Program-made: the position numbers and the translations under genes
Shown here: in pieces, positions 51,069 to 60,600 of the stretch
Layout of the letters: the number at the start of each line of letters is the position of its first letter
Position numbering within the stretch: position 1 is the stretch's first letter
The notes under the pieces: model-generated
What the model saw: the letters and a program-made list of their open reading frames with translations, nothing else
Database searches by the model: none
Told to the model about the DNA's origin: nothing
Source of the DNA: Methanomassiliicoccaceae archaeon
GTDB taxonomy: Archaea > Thermoplasmatota > Thermoplasmata > Methanomassiliicoccales > Methanomassiliicoccaceae
Direction of reading: 5' to 3'
Length of the DNA: 64,000 nt
NCBI GenBank assembly: GCA_040776945.1
Contig: JAXGZN010000002.1
Span: 448,001-512,000 of the forward strand

Positions 51069-52271
51069 ATGATTTTGGGATCCCGGCCCAAGCATTTGAC
51101 CTCCGACGGGGAGCGGGCGGTCGACCCTAAGGAGACCCTGGAAAGGATAGAGCCTTTGATGAAGAAGGCAGGCATTACCAGACTAGCTGACATCACAGAC
51201 CTGGATCGTATAGGGATACCTGTTTTCTCTGCGATCCGCCCTTCCGCCGAGAGCGGTGCGATCTCGGTCTACAACGGGAAAGGCATGACCAAGGAAGAGG
51301 CCATGGTCTCCGCCCTGATGGAAGGGTTCGAGAGATATTGCGCCGAGGTAAGAGGGTTCAATATCGTACGCAAGGGCGTAGTGGAGTTCATGGAGACCCA
51401 TAATGCCATCGATCCTTTGGACCTCATACTCACGCCGGCGTCAGCATTCCACCTGACGAAGCAGCCGATAGGCTGGGTCAAGGGCTTTGACCTTAACAGC
51501 ATGGAGGAGACCTGGGTCCCTGCAAGCGCGGTATTCCATCCCTACGTGTCAAGGCTCGACCTTGCCCTGTTCCGAACCTCCACAAACGGTCTCGCCTCTG
51601 GTAACAATTACGAGGAAGCGATCCTCCATGGCCTATGCGAGGTCATCGAGAGGGACGCATGGTCCTTGGCCGAAGGCCACCGAAAGATACGAGGTGATGT
51701 CGTCGCCCCGGATGGCGGAAATGTCAGTAAGATCATGGAGATGTTCACGTCCAAGGGGATCGAGATACACCTCAAGTACCTGACCACTGACATAGGGGTT
51801 CCCACCATTGCTGCGGCCGCTGATGATGTAGTTATGCAGGACCCTGCCCTGCTGACCCTTGGGATAGGCACGCATCTCGATCCTGAGGTGGCGGCAATCA
51901 AAGCGCTCCTTGAGGTCGCTCAAAGCAGGCTCACTCAGATCCATGGAGCAAGGGAGGACACTGTCCACGGGGAACATTCGAGGAAGCTCGGATACGAGCG
52001 AATGAAGCGGATCAACAAGATGTGGCTTAGCGATACGGGCCCAAAGGTGAAGCTCGATGAGATGCCGGTTCTGGACACCGATGACGTCTTCGATGACCTT
52101 CAGGTGGTCCGAAAGCAGCTGAACTCCCGTGGTTTCAAGAGCACAGTGATCGTCGACCTTACAAGAAAGGATCTTGGCATCCCGGTCGTAAGGGTTATCG
52201 TGCCTGGGCTGGAGGTCTTTGCCATAGATGAGGACCGGGTAGGGCCGAGAATGATGGGAGGTAGGGTCTGA
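51069..52271 (+). CDS. ycaO: YcaO McrA-glycine thioamidation protein (methanogenesis marker 1)
   Basis: SVYNGKG, STNGLASGN, EVIERDA, EVAQSR. Confidence 0.93.
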   Translation: MILGSRPKHLTSDGERAVDPKETLERIEPLMKKAGITRLADITDLDRIGIPVFSAIRPSAESGAISVYNGKGMTKEEAMVSALMEGFERYCAEVRGFNIVRKGVVEFMETHNAIDPLDLILTPASAFHLTKQPIGWVKGFDLNSMEETWVPASAVFHPYVSRLDLALFRTSTNGLASGNNYEEAILHGLCEVIERDAWSLAEGHRKIRGDVVAPDGGNVSKIMEMFTSKGIEIHLKYLTTDIGVPTIAAAADDVVMQDPALLTLGIGTHLDPEVAAIKALLEVAQSRLTQIHGAREDTVHGEHSRKLGYERMKRINKMWLSDTGPKVKLDEMPVLDTDDVFDDLQVVRKQLNSRGFKSTVIVDLTRKDLGIPVVRVIVPGLEVFAIDEDRVGPRMMGGRV

Positions 52272-52912
52272 GGCCTGTAATCTATGTCGGCCCAAGCTTG
52301 GAGCATGAGGCCGCCATCGAGCTGCTCGACGCTGACTATCGGCCTCCGGTAAAGAGAGGGGACCTTGCCGCTTTGCCGGCCGATATCAGGACAGTTGGCA
52401 TAATCGACGGCGTGCTCCTGACCGATGCCGCCGTCGGCCACAGAGAGATACTAACGCTCCTGAGGAGAGGGGTCAAGGTACTGGGCGGCGGCAGCATGGG
52501 GGCCCTCAGGGCGGCCGAGCTCTCTGACATGGGGATGATCGGCGTAGGAAGGATATTCAAAGAATATTCTTCCGGCCGGATCAATGGCGATGACGAGGTC
52601 GTCCTGGCGTATGATCCTTTCAGTCTGAGGCCCCTGTCGGAACCGCTCATCAATCTCAGATTGAACATAGAGGCGGCCGCCGGTAGGGGCATTATCAGCG
52701 CGGAAGCCTCGTCAAGGCTCATAGATGCTCTAAAAAGGACGTATTATCCAAAAAGGACCTTTGAACGTCTCGATAAAATCGCGAGGGAATTATTGGAAAA
52801 AACCGAGTTCGAGGCATTTTCGTTTTTCTTGAAAAACGAGAGAATGGACCATAAGCGAAATGACGCGATTTTGCTAATAAAGGCCGTTAAGGATGAACCT
52901 CGTTTTTTTTGA
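52268..52912 (+). CDS. tfuA: TfuA thioamidation partner (probable CTG start)
   Basis: PVKRGDL, IIDG, SMGALRAAEL, DDEV; the conserved N-terminus RPVIYVGPSL extends to a CTG at 52268. Confidence 0.9.
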   Translation: MRPVIYVGPSLEHEAAIELLDADYRPPVKRGDLAALPADIRTVGIIDGVLLTDAAVGHREILTLLRRGVKVLGGGSMGALRAAELSDMGMIGVGRIFKEYSSGRINGDDEVVLAYDPFSLRPLSEPLINLRLNIEAAAGRGIISAEASSRLIDALKRTYYPKRTFERLDKIARELLEKTEFEAFSFFLKNERMDHKRNDAILLIKAVKDEPRFF

Positions 52913-52984
52913 AAAATTAACTCATGTTAAGAAAATTGCAGGAGGTCTGGCCGAACCTCAAAAATCACGATTGTTTACGTTGGT

Positions 52985-52999
52985 TGGATTATCCATCCA
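52985..52999. promoter_or_regulatory. palindromic operator TGGATT-ATC-CATCCA upstream of the mcr promoter
   Basis: Ends 8 nt before TATA box TTTATAT (53008-53014). Confidence 0.72.
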
Positions 53000-53157
53000 G
53001 CACCATGTTTATATCTCTCTCTCTACTTACAGGGCAATGACAGGGGATTTGGTTTTCATCAGAAGGGAGGCACTCTCGGACGATGAAGGCCGTTCAACTT
53101 CTTACCCCGGCCGGGGGGACTCTGCCGGGCGAGGAAAAAATGATTGGAGGTAGAAAT

Positions 53158-54477
53158 TTGGCGAAATACAAGGACAAAATAGACTTGTATGACGACAGGG
53201 GTAAGCTTATTGAGAAGGATGTGCCCCTTGAAGCGATCAGCCCTCTGAACAACAACGCAATTAAGCGGATCGCATCCTTGGCCAAGAGGACCATCGCCGT
53301 GGACATGTCTGGACTTGAGAGGAGCCTCAAGACCGGGCGCGTCGGCGGCGGGTACATCAAGGGCAAGGAGATAGACGCTGCCGTTGTGGCCAATGCGGAT
53401 AAGTTGGCAAAGAGGGTCAAGGACATCCTGAAGGTCGACAAGGACGATGACACTGATGTCAAGGTCATCATGGACGGGAAGAGAATGATCGTCATGGTCC
53501 CGACCAACCGCGTCGACGCTGGTGTAGAGTACACCACTGGATTCACCGCAGCTGCCGCTGCGCTTACCCAGGCCGTCATCGATGAGTTCAACGTCGACAT
53601 GTTCCATGCGAACATGGTAAAGGGTGCTGTTTGGGGCAGATATCCCCAAAGCTTGAACTTCCTTGGATCCAACCTGAAGTCCATCCTGGAGGTTCCGCAG
53701 GTCAACGAGGGAGCCGGATATGCTCTCAGAAACATCATGGCAAACCATCTGGTCGCCTTGTCTGGTAAGAACTCGGTCAACGCTGCCGCGCTGTCCTCTA
53801 TCTTTGAGCAGACGGCGATGTTCGAGATGGGCGACGCCATCGGACCCTTCGAGAGGTACCACCTGCTGGGCCTGGCCTACCAAGGACTGAACGCGAACAA
53901 CATCGTCCTTGACCTGGTCAAGGAGAACGGCAAGACCGGAACCGTCGGTACCGTTGTCGAGTCCATCGTGGGCCGCGCCATTGAGGACAAGGTCATCAAG
54001 GTCAAGGAGAAGCTGCCCTCTGGATACAAGGTGTACACCACCAACGACTTCCCGCTGTGGAACGCCTACGCCGCCGCTGGTATGCTTGCGGCCAACATGG
54101 TGAACATCGGTGCTGCCAGGGCTTCCCAGGCCGTGCCTGCGACGACCCTGTACTACAACGACCTTATCGAGCACGAGACCGGCCTGCCTGGAGTCGACTT
54201 CGGCCGCGCCATGGGTGTCTGCGTCGGTATGTCCTTCTTCAGCCACTCTATCTACGGCGGTGGCGGACCTGGACTGTTCCACGGCAACCACGTCGTGACC
54301 AAGCACTCCAAGGGATTCGTCATCCCGTGCATCGCTGCGGCCTGTTCCCTGGATGCAGGGACTCAGTACTTCTCACCCGAGAGCACCTCTTCCCTTGTGA
54401 GGGATGTGTTCGGTGAAATACCTGAGTTCAAGGCTCCGTTGAAGGCGATTGGCAAGGAGGCCAAGAAACTGAAGTAA
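53158..54477 (+). CDS. mcrB: methyl-coenzyme M reductase beta subunit
   Basis: [31 protein letters not shown]; RBS GGAGG plus TTG. Confidence 0.98.
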   Translation: MAKYKDKIDLYDDRGKLIEKDVPLEAISPLNNNAIKRIASLAKRTIAVDMSGLERSLKTGRVGGGYIKGKEIDAAVVANADKLAKRVKDILKVDKDDDTDVKVIMDGKRMIVMVPTNRVDAGVEYTTGFTAAAAALTQAVIDEFNVDMFHANMVKGAVWGRYPQSLNFLGSNLKSILEVPQVNEGAGYALRNIMANHLVALSGKNSVNAAALSSIFEQTAMFEMGDAIGPFERYHLLGLAYQGLNANNIVLDLVKENGKTGTVGTVVESIVGRAIEDKVIKVKEKLPSGYKVYTTNDFPLWNAYAAAGMLAANMVNIGAARASQAVPATTLYYNDLIEHETGLPGVDFGRAMGVCVGMSFFSHSIYGGGGPGLFHGNHVVTKHSKGFVIPCIAAACSLDAGTQYFSPESTSSLVRDVFGEIPEFKAPLKAIGKEAKKLK

Positions 54478-54497
54478 GAGGTGTGTGGTTAAGCTTG

Positions 54498-54920
54498 ATG
54501 ACAAGTACTAATGCCCCTGAGGCTGTCCCGCTGCCTGAGATCCTGATCTTTCCAAACAGGCTCCTCAAGGCCGAGACCACCGAGAAGCTCCTTAACAGGA
54601 TCTACGAGGTTCCCCATGTGAGGCAGGTCAACATCGCTGGCGAAGCTCTACCGGCGGTGCTGAGCTCCGGCCCCAACAAGGGACTGCCCAACGAACACCC
54701 TGAACGCAGGGTGATAACAGTGAAAGGCGAGCAGGTCGAACTTCGCCTGCTGGTAGGAAGAGTGTTCGTCGAGATCGATGACATCGACCATGTCCAGCGA
54801 GCGCTCGAGGAAATCGATGAGATATGCATCGAGATCCTCCCGTTCGGGTTCAACCTGGAAGTGGGCAGGTACTCGAAATACAAGCCGACCGTCACCGATT
54901 ACAAGAAATGCAAGAGGTAA
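54498..54920 (+). CDS. mcrD: MCR operon protein D
   Basis: [17 protein letters not shown]; lies between mcrB and mcrG. Confidence 0.95.
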   Translation: MTSTNAPEAVPLPEILIFPNRLLKAETTEKLLNRIYEVPHVRQVNIAGEALPAVLSSGPNKGLPNEHPERRVITVKGEQVELRLLVGRVFVEIDDIDHVQRALEEIDEICIEILPFGFNLEVGRYSKYKPTVTDYKKCKR

Positions 54921-54925
54921 TAATT

Positions 54926-55699
54926 ATGGCATACCAAGCTCAGTACTATCCTGGCAACAGCCAGATCGCCAAGAACAGGCGCCGGTACATGGACCCCTCC
55001 GAAAAGCTGAAGAAGCTCAGGGACGTGGCCATGGACGACGTCGTAAGGATTCTGGGCCACAGGGCTCCCGGAGAAGACTACAAGAGCATCCACCCCCCAC
55101 TGGAGGAGGGCAACGAGCCGGATGACTACGTCCGCAAGTTGGTCACCCCCATCGAGGGCGCCAAGAAGGGCGACAGGATCAGGTACGTTCAGTTTACCGA
55201 TTCGATCTACTTCGCCCCCATGGTCCCCTATCTGAGGGCCTGGATGTACATGACCAGGATGAGAGGCTTCGACACCGGAACCCTTTCTGGAAGACAGATC
55301 ATTGAGATGAGGGAGAGGGACCTTGAGAAGGCATCCAAGGAACTCATCGACAATGAGACCTTCGACCCTGCCAAGACCGGTATCAGGGGTGCGACCGTGC
55401 ACGGGCACGCTTGCAGGCTGGACGAGAACGGGCTGATGTTCGACGCCTGGCAGAGATACCGCTGGAACGCTAAGAAGGGCGAGGTCGAGTATGTTAAGGA
55501 CCAGGTCGCTCTTCCGCTGGACAAGCCCATCTCCGTGGGCAAGCCCCTGCCGGACGCTGAACTCAAAAAGATGACCACCATCTTCAGGGTAGATGGAGTT
55601 GACATGATTGACGACCCCGAGGTCATGGCCATGAACCTGAGGATACACAGGCTGAGGACCCTTTGCGGATTCCAGGCCTTCGCCCTTAAGGGGGAGTAA
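54926..55699 (+). CDS. mcrG: methyl-coenzyme M reductase gamma subunit
   Basis: [23 protein letters not shown]. Confidence 0.98.
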   Translation: MAYQAQYYPGNSQIAKNRRRYMDPSEKLKKLRDVAMDDVVRILGHRAPGEDYKSIHPPLEEGNEPDDYVRKLVTPIEGAKKGDRIRYVQFTDSIYFAPMVPYLRAWMYMTRMRGFDTGTLSGRQIIEMRERDLEKASKELIDNETFDPAKTGIRGATVHGHACRLDENGLMFDAWQRYRWNAKKGEVEYVKDQVALPLDKPISVGKPLPDAELKKMTTIFRVDGVDMIDDPEVMAMNLRIHRLRTLCGFQAFALKGE

Positions 55700-55703
55700 A
55701 ACT

Positions 55704-57368
55704 ATGGCAAAAGAAAAGGACAAGTTGTTCCTGGATGCGATGAAGAAGAAGTTCAAGGAGGCCCCTACCGCGGTCAACACCAACTACTATACCTTTGGTG
55801 GCTGGAAGCAGTCCAAGAGGAAGAGGGAGTGGGTTGAGCAGGCCAACAAGATCGCCAAGGCGCGCGGCATACCGATGATGAACCAGGACATCGGTGTACC
55901 TCTGGGCCAGCGTGTGCTTATGCCTTATCAGCTTTCGCACACCGACATATACGCTGAGGCGGACGACCTGCACTTCATGAACAACGCTGCCATGCAGCAG
56001 TGCTGGGACGATATACGCAGGACCGTCATCTCCGGTATGGACACCGCGCACGCCGTCATCGAGAAGAGGCTGGGCAAGGAGGTCACTCCCGAGACCATCA
56101 ACTTCTATCTCGAGACCGTGAACCACGCGATGCCCGGCGGAGCCGTCGTGCAGGAGCACATGGCCGAGGTCAGCCCGGGTCTTACCGCGGACTGCTACGT
56201 GAAGGTCTTCTCCGGTGACGACGAGCTCCTCGACCAGATCGACAAGAGGTTCGTCATCGACATCAACAAGGAGTTCCCCAAGGACCAGGCGAAGCAGCTT
56301 AAGGAGGCCATCGGAAAGTCCCTTTGGCAGAAGGTCGCTTGCCCGACCCTCGTCGGCCGCGTTTGCGACGGCGGTACCATGTCCCGGTGGAGCGCCATGC
56401 AGATCTCGATGTCCTTCATCAGCGCCTACAGACTGGCCGCTGGTGAGGCCGCCATCGCTGACTTCGCGTTCGCCGCCAAGCACGCTTCCGTCGTAGAGAT
56501 GGGAACCATGATGCCCGCTAGGCGCGCAAGGGGCCCCAACGAGCCCGGTGGAATTCCCTTCGGGTTCCTGGCCGACATGTCCCAGTCTTTCCGTGTAAAG
56601 CCTGACGACCCCGCCAGGGCTGCTCTGGAGGTCGTTGCACTGGGCGCTGTCGTGAACGACCAGATCTATCTGGGCTCGTACATGTCCGGCGGAGTCGGCT
56701 TCACCCAGTACGCCACCGCGGCCTACACCGACGACATCCTGGAGGACTACACCTACTGGGCCGTCGACCACATCAAGTCCAAGTATGGCGGGCTGGTCAA
56801 GAGCAAGCCGTCCATGGACCTGATGGAGAAGCTCGGCACGGAGGTCAACACCTACGCTCTCGAGATGTATGAGAAGTACCCGGCCGCTATGGAGGCCCAC
56901 TTCGGTGGCTCCCAGCGTGCGACCGTCGCAGCCGCCGCCACTGGTATCGCTTGCGCGATGGCCACCGGCAACGCCGACTTCGGTGTCAACGGCTGGTACC
57001 TCTCCATGCTCCAGCACAAGGAAAGATGGGGACGCCTCGGGTTCTACGGGTTCGACCTGCAGGACCAGTGCGGTGCCGCCAACTCTCTGTCCTACAGGAG
57101 CGACGAGGGTCTGCCCTTCGAGCTAAGGGGTCCGAACTACCCGAACTACGCCATGAACGTCGGTCACCTGTCCGGCTATGGCGGCATCGCTTGCGCCGCT
57201 CACGTGGCCCGCGGCGACGCCTTCGCCTGCAGCCCGCTGATCAAGGTCGCGTTCGCCGACAAGAACCTGCCGTTCGACTTCGCCAACATCACGAAGGAGT
57301 TCGGCCGTGGCGCTCTCAGGGAGTTCATGCCCGCTGGCGAAAGGTCCCTGATCATCCCCGCCCAGTGA
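55704..57368 (+). CDS. mcrA: methyl-coenzyme M reductase alpha subunit
   Basis: [51 protein letters not shown]. Confidence 0.99.
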   Translation: MAKEKDKLFLDAMKKKFKEAPTAVNTNYYTFGGWKQSKRKREWVEQANKIAKARGIPMMNQDIGVPLGQRVLMPYQLSHTDIYAEADDLHFMNNAAMQQCWDDIRRTVISGMDTAHAVIEKRLGKEVTPETINFYLETVNHAMPGGAVVQEHMAEVSPGLTADCYVKVFSGDDELLDQIDKRFVIDINKEFPKDQAKQLKEAIGKSLWQKVACPTLVGRVCDGGTMSRWSAMQISMSFISAYRLAAGEAAIADFAFAAKHASVVEMGTMMPARRARGPNEPGGIPFGFLADMSQSFRVKPDDPARAALEVVALGAVVNDQIYLGSYMSGGVGFTQYATAAYTDDILEDYTYWAVDHIKSKYGGLVKSKPSMDLMEKLGTEVNTYALEMYEKYPAAMEAHFGGSQRATVAAAATGIACAMATGNADFGVNGWYLSMLQHKERWGRLGFYGFDLQDQCGAANSLSYRSDEGLPFELRGPNYPNYAMNVGHLSGYGGIACAAHVARGDAFACSPLIKVAFADKNLPFDFANITKEFGRGALREFMPAGERSLIIPAQ

Positions 57369-57372
57369 TCTC

Positions 57373-57651
57373 ATGATCGTAGGTGACATCGTCAAGTACC
57401 GCAACACCGGAACTGTGGGCAAAGTAGAGGACATCATGGAGGAGGGAAAGGTGACCTGGGTTCTCCTGGACACCTCCAAGCTCTACTATGACTCCTCTAC
57501 CCTTGACCCAGCATCGGCCGATGAGTACGGCGGTGCCGCCGATCGAGAGAAGGACCAGAGGGAGCAGATCGAGGACATCGAACGGCTCCGCCAACAAATG
57601 GCGGAGATAGCCGAAGAGATGTCCAAGATATCTCCTTCCGGTGCGGGTTAG
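57373..57651 (+). CDS. DUF2098-like small methanogen protein
   Basis: GDIVKYRNTGTVGKV...W..LD...LYY. Confidence 0.8.
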   Translation: MIVGDIVKYRNTGTVGKVEDIMEEGKVTWVLLDTSKLYYDSSTLDPASADEYGGAADREKDQREQIEDIERLRQQMAEIAEEMSKISPSGAG

Positions 57652-57692
57652 GACCTTCGGTCAACGACCAAACCCCTTCCTTTCACCTTTTT
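57652..57692 (+). terminator. putative mcr operon terminator
   Basis: Small hairpin followed by AAACCCC and a pyrimidine/T tract. Confidence 0.55.
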
Positions 57693-58043
57693 ATGTCCTT
57701 TGGATGGGCGCAGCCATCGACGCAAACGCCCTAGTAATAGGAAAAAATCGAAAATCTGCAAATCCAAGCGATCGGACCTATCTCCTATAGATCGGACCGC
57801 TCCTTGTTCAGGTAGTTAGATCGTTTCTTCCAAACCATCCTGGCTTGGTCACATGTTCCAGGCACCAGCCCGATCCTGAGCATAACCGCGGGTCAGAACC
57901 CTACGGGATCGTATATGCGGTCTAAGGGCGGCTAAAAAATATCGGGCAATCCAGGGCCATTTGGGATGCCCTCCTTCGTTCGAAAATCCTCCGTTCAGGA
58001 ACATATATTCGACCGAACGGCCTGGTGGGGACCTGCCTTTAGA

Positions 58044-58601
58044 TCAAAGGAGATCCTCATCGCAGTCGAACCCTATAAGGATGGAAGCGAGCTTAGGGTC
58101 GTCCTGATAGCCGTGCATCTCCCTTAGCATCATATCCGCTGGCGCGGATGGAGAGCAAGAGACGACGTTCTTGAACCCTAGGTTCTCGACCTCAGGGAAG
58201 GATACTGGTGGCATAATGAAGAACTCCCTGCTGCCTCCTTTCCGCTCAGGATAGACCACGAACTCCTCCGAGAGCCACATGATCTCCTCCTTTACTGTCT
58301 CTAGGAACTTTTTCTTGGACGACGGCAGGACCTCCTCCCCCAGAACGATCCCTGTGTTGGTAAGGAGCATGACCGTAGGCTCCGGCGGCGGCCGAAAGCT
58401 TGATTTCTTGATTATGCACACTACATATTTTCGGCTGAGACATTCCTCGACCCCTTTGTTGATGACCGGTATCCCCAGGACCGCCTTGATCTCCTTCTCG
58501 ATATCCCAGATCCTGCTCCTGCAACCGTTGTTCAGGACGAAGGCATAGACCGTGCCCCTCAATCCTTTAAGCAGTTCCAAGATCTCGTTCATATCCGCCA
58601 T
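58044..58601 (-). CDS. hypothetical protein, paralog of 62837..63406
   Basis: Shared motifs N.GV.E.L.R, G.VLGE.V.P, LSE.F, GFD. Confidence 0.78.
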   Translation of the reverse strand: MADMNEILELLKGLRGTVYAFVLNNGCRSRIWDIEKEIKAVLGIPVINKGVEECLSRKYVVCIIKKSSFRPPPEPTVMLLTNTGIVLGEEVLPSSKKKFLETVKEEIMWLSEEFVVYPERKGGSREFFIMPPVSFPEVENLGFKNVVSCSPSAPADMMLREMHGYQDDPKLASILIGFDCDEDLL

Positions 58602-58715
58602 GCTCAGCGAAATCAGGTGAGAATTGATAAACCTATGCCAGTTCCCATTTGCTCAGCCTCTAAGGTACAGATTTCCTGGACAAGTATTATTACTCGCTCT
58701 GTCGGTCATATCGGC

Positions 58716-59015
58716 ATGACCCTCGCGCTTATCGCCAAGCAGCAGCCGTCAGCGATCAACAAGCTGTTCGCCCTGAAGAACGAGATCTTTAAGGAAGGGG
58801 CCTTGTCCGTCAAGGACAAGGAACTGATCGCAATATCATTATCTCTCGTCATGAAGTGCGAAACCTGCTTGGAAACCCATGCCCAGGCCGCGAAGCAACT
58901 GGGGGCGACCATAGACGAGATCAGGGAGGCGATGCTGGTGGCTATGTATCTAGTAGGCCCCTCGGCGATGATCTGGACCCCGGTCATCGATGAGATCCTC
59001 GGAGGTAAGCTCTAG
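58716..59015 (+). CDS. carboxymuconolactone decarboxylase/AhpD family protein
   Basis: GALSVKDKELIA, CETCLETH, GATIDEI. Confidence 0.85.
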   Translation: MTLALIAKQQPSAINKLFALKNEIFKEGALSVKDKELIAISLSLVMKCETCLETHAQAAKQLGATIDEIREAMLVAMYLVGPSAMIWTPVIDEILGGKL

Positions 59016-59016
59016 C

Positions 59017-59358
59017 TCAGCATTCGAACTCGAACCGGACCGATCTCTTCAATCCAAGACCTGAGGCAGCCTCGGCCGACTTGATGATCGCCGAAGGGAT
59101 AGGGCATGCAGAATGGGCAAGCACCTTTCCGCAGGCCTCGTACACAGGATTGGCAGAGAACGGCATCCTCAAGGCATCGAAAGGGCTCATCTCTTCGGAC
59201 AGCTGTTCCTTGACCTTCTTGACATAGGGGCAATCGGTCTCGAAGTCGAACCGGATGCTGCCATCCTCGTACATCGCGATGATCTTGGTCTTGAACCTAC
59301 AGACCCCAGGGTCCACCGAGAGGCAGACCTTGTCGGGCTCTCCGTTCTCCACGGTCAT
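59017..59358 (-). CDS. small Cys-containing hypothetical protein (DUF6951-like)
   Basis: PGVCRFKT, TDCP, HSACPIPSAIIK. Confidence 0.75.
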   Translation of the reverse strand: MTVENGEPDKVCLSVDPGVCRFKTKIIAMYEDGSIRFDFETDCPYVKKVKEQLSEEMSPFDALRMPFSANPVYEACGKVLAHSACPIPSAIIKSAEAASGLGLKRSVRFEFEC

Positions 59359-59410
59359 ATAGGGACGGAGCAAAGCGTGGAAGATAACACTTTCTCAATA
59401 TCGTTCCGCT

Positions 59411-60385
59411 TCAGATGTTCTGCTCCTTTCGGGCACGTGCGACGACCTCGAACATGCCCCCCTTCGTGATATCGACTATGCCGAACACCGCCACCGCCTC
59501 GTTATTCCTGATGATGGGGACCACGACCACCGGGACCCCTCGATAAGGGCCGTAAGGAGAAATCTTCCTTACCGCCGCGCTCCGCTTGAGCGCTTCCTCA
59601 AGCACTGGCCCTGTGAAATCGGTATCGACGATCTCACCATCCTCGCATCGGACCCCGCGATGGTTCTTGCTCCGCATAGTGACCGGCAGACGGCCCACTA
59701 GCTCATGCACCGCTAGAGCAAGGCACCGGAGGTCCTGTGCTTCGGTGTCCGCGCTTATAAGGCTGTTAGGGGTACAATCCCTCCAGCAAGGCCGAGGAGA
59801 ATCTCCCAGCGCCAAGGCGGCGGTGACCGCTCCCTTTTCTGCTATATCGTAAGAACTTGCGGTGCCGATGATGACCACATCGTTCTCTTCCAGTGTGAAC
59901 GCCGACCTAATGGGCGCCAACAACGATTGGTCAGGGTCCGAATAGTCCCCTGGGAACAGAAGCTTACCGCCGTTGACCACCAAGGTCGTGGCTCCCATGG
60001 CGCCCACCCGAACGGCCTCGTCCCTCTGCTCGTAACCTGTCCCGATGCGGTCGGCCATGCCCTTAACGTGGACCGCACAGTCCTGATCGGAGATCGTGAG
60101 GCCATCGATCCTCACGGGGCTTACCATTATCCCTGAGCTTCTGAAGTTCTTGACCCCTCTTTCGGTGAGCACCGCGCCTAGATTCGTGTTCTCAACAGAG
60201 CCTTCGCGTATCATCTTGTCAAGTATTGTCCTGGTGCTGCCTTCTCCGATCCCTAAAAGATGGGAAAGGGTCTTTCGTCCGATAGGTCCTCTACTATTAA
60301 TGACAGAGTAGGTCTTCCAAACATGGAACAGTGTGAACTTGGGATTCGGCCCATCACCTGAGTAAGCTTGGAACTTCAAGACCAT
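59411..60385 (-). CDS. putative transcription regulator: wHTH + DUF4443-like + DUF2111 domains
   Basis: N-terminal GPIGRKTLSHLLGIGEGSTRTIL HTH; middle EQRDEAVRVGAMGATT; C-terminal LPVTMRS...FTGPVLEE...GVPVVVVPI. Confidence 0.8.
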   Translation of the reverse strand: MVLKFQAYSGDGPNPKFTLFHVWKTYSVINSRGPIGRKTLSHLLGIGEGSTRTILDKMIREGSVENTNLGAVLTERGVKNFRSSGIMVSPVRIDGLTISDQDCAVHVKGMADRIGTGYEQRDEAVRVGAMGATTLVVNGGKLLFPGDYSDPDQSLLAPIRSAFTLEENDVVIIGTASSYDIAEKGAVTAALALGDSPRPCWRDCTPNSLISADTEAQDLRCLALAVHELVGRLPVTMRSKNHRGVRCEDGEIVDTDFTGPVLEEALKRSAAVRKISPYGPYRGVPVVVVPIIRNNEAVAVFGIVDITKGGMFEVVARARKEQNI

Positions 60386-60391
60386 GCTTGC

Positions 60392-60406
60392 TGGATGGAG
60401 CATCCA
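60392..60406. promoter_or_regulatory. palindromic operator TGGATG-GAG-CATCCA in the regulator's own promoter
   Basis: Perfect match between a minus-strand TATA-like ATATTTA (60410-60416) and the ATG at 60385. Confidence 0.75.
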
Positions 60407-60600
60407 TCCTAAATATGTTTCTAGGTCGGGCAGAGAGCACTACCCAGATGAAATGAACGTCGAAATGTGGGATCGGCAGACCTGCGGCCTGCCAATCTAG
60501 GAAATGGGGCATAAGGGCGAAAACTAATAAAGGATAGTTACGCTAGACCGTAAACACCATCATCGGCCGAGGAAGGCTTTATAGTGTTAAGAGGGGTTGC

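Noticed and set aside
53059-57017. Long antisense ORFs opposite mcrB, mcrG and mcrA (415, 294 and 443 aa)
   Set aside because: Shadow frames from strong codon bias in highly expressed GC-rich genes; no protein motifs
57649-57760. Pyrrolysine read-through of the DUF2098 TAG (and of other TAG stops)
   Set aside because: The downstream frame runs into a terminator tract and shows no domain-like continuation
60386-60403. ORF-track start at 60403 for the DUF2111 regulator
   Set aside because: That ATG is part of the palindrome and too close to the TATA; the ATG at 60385 fits better
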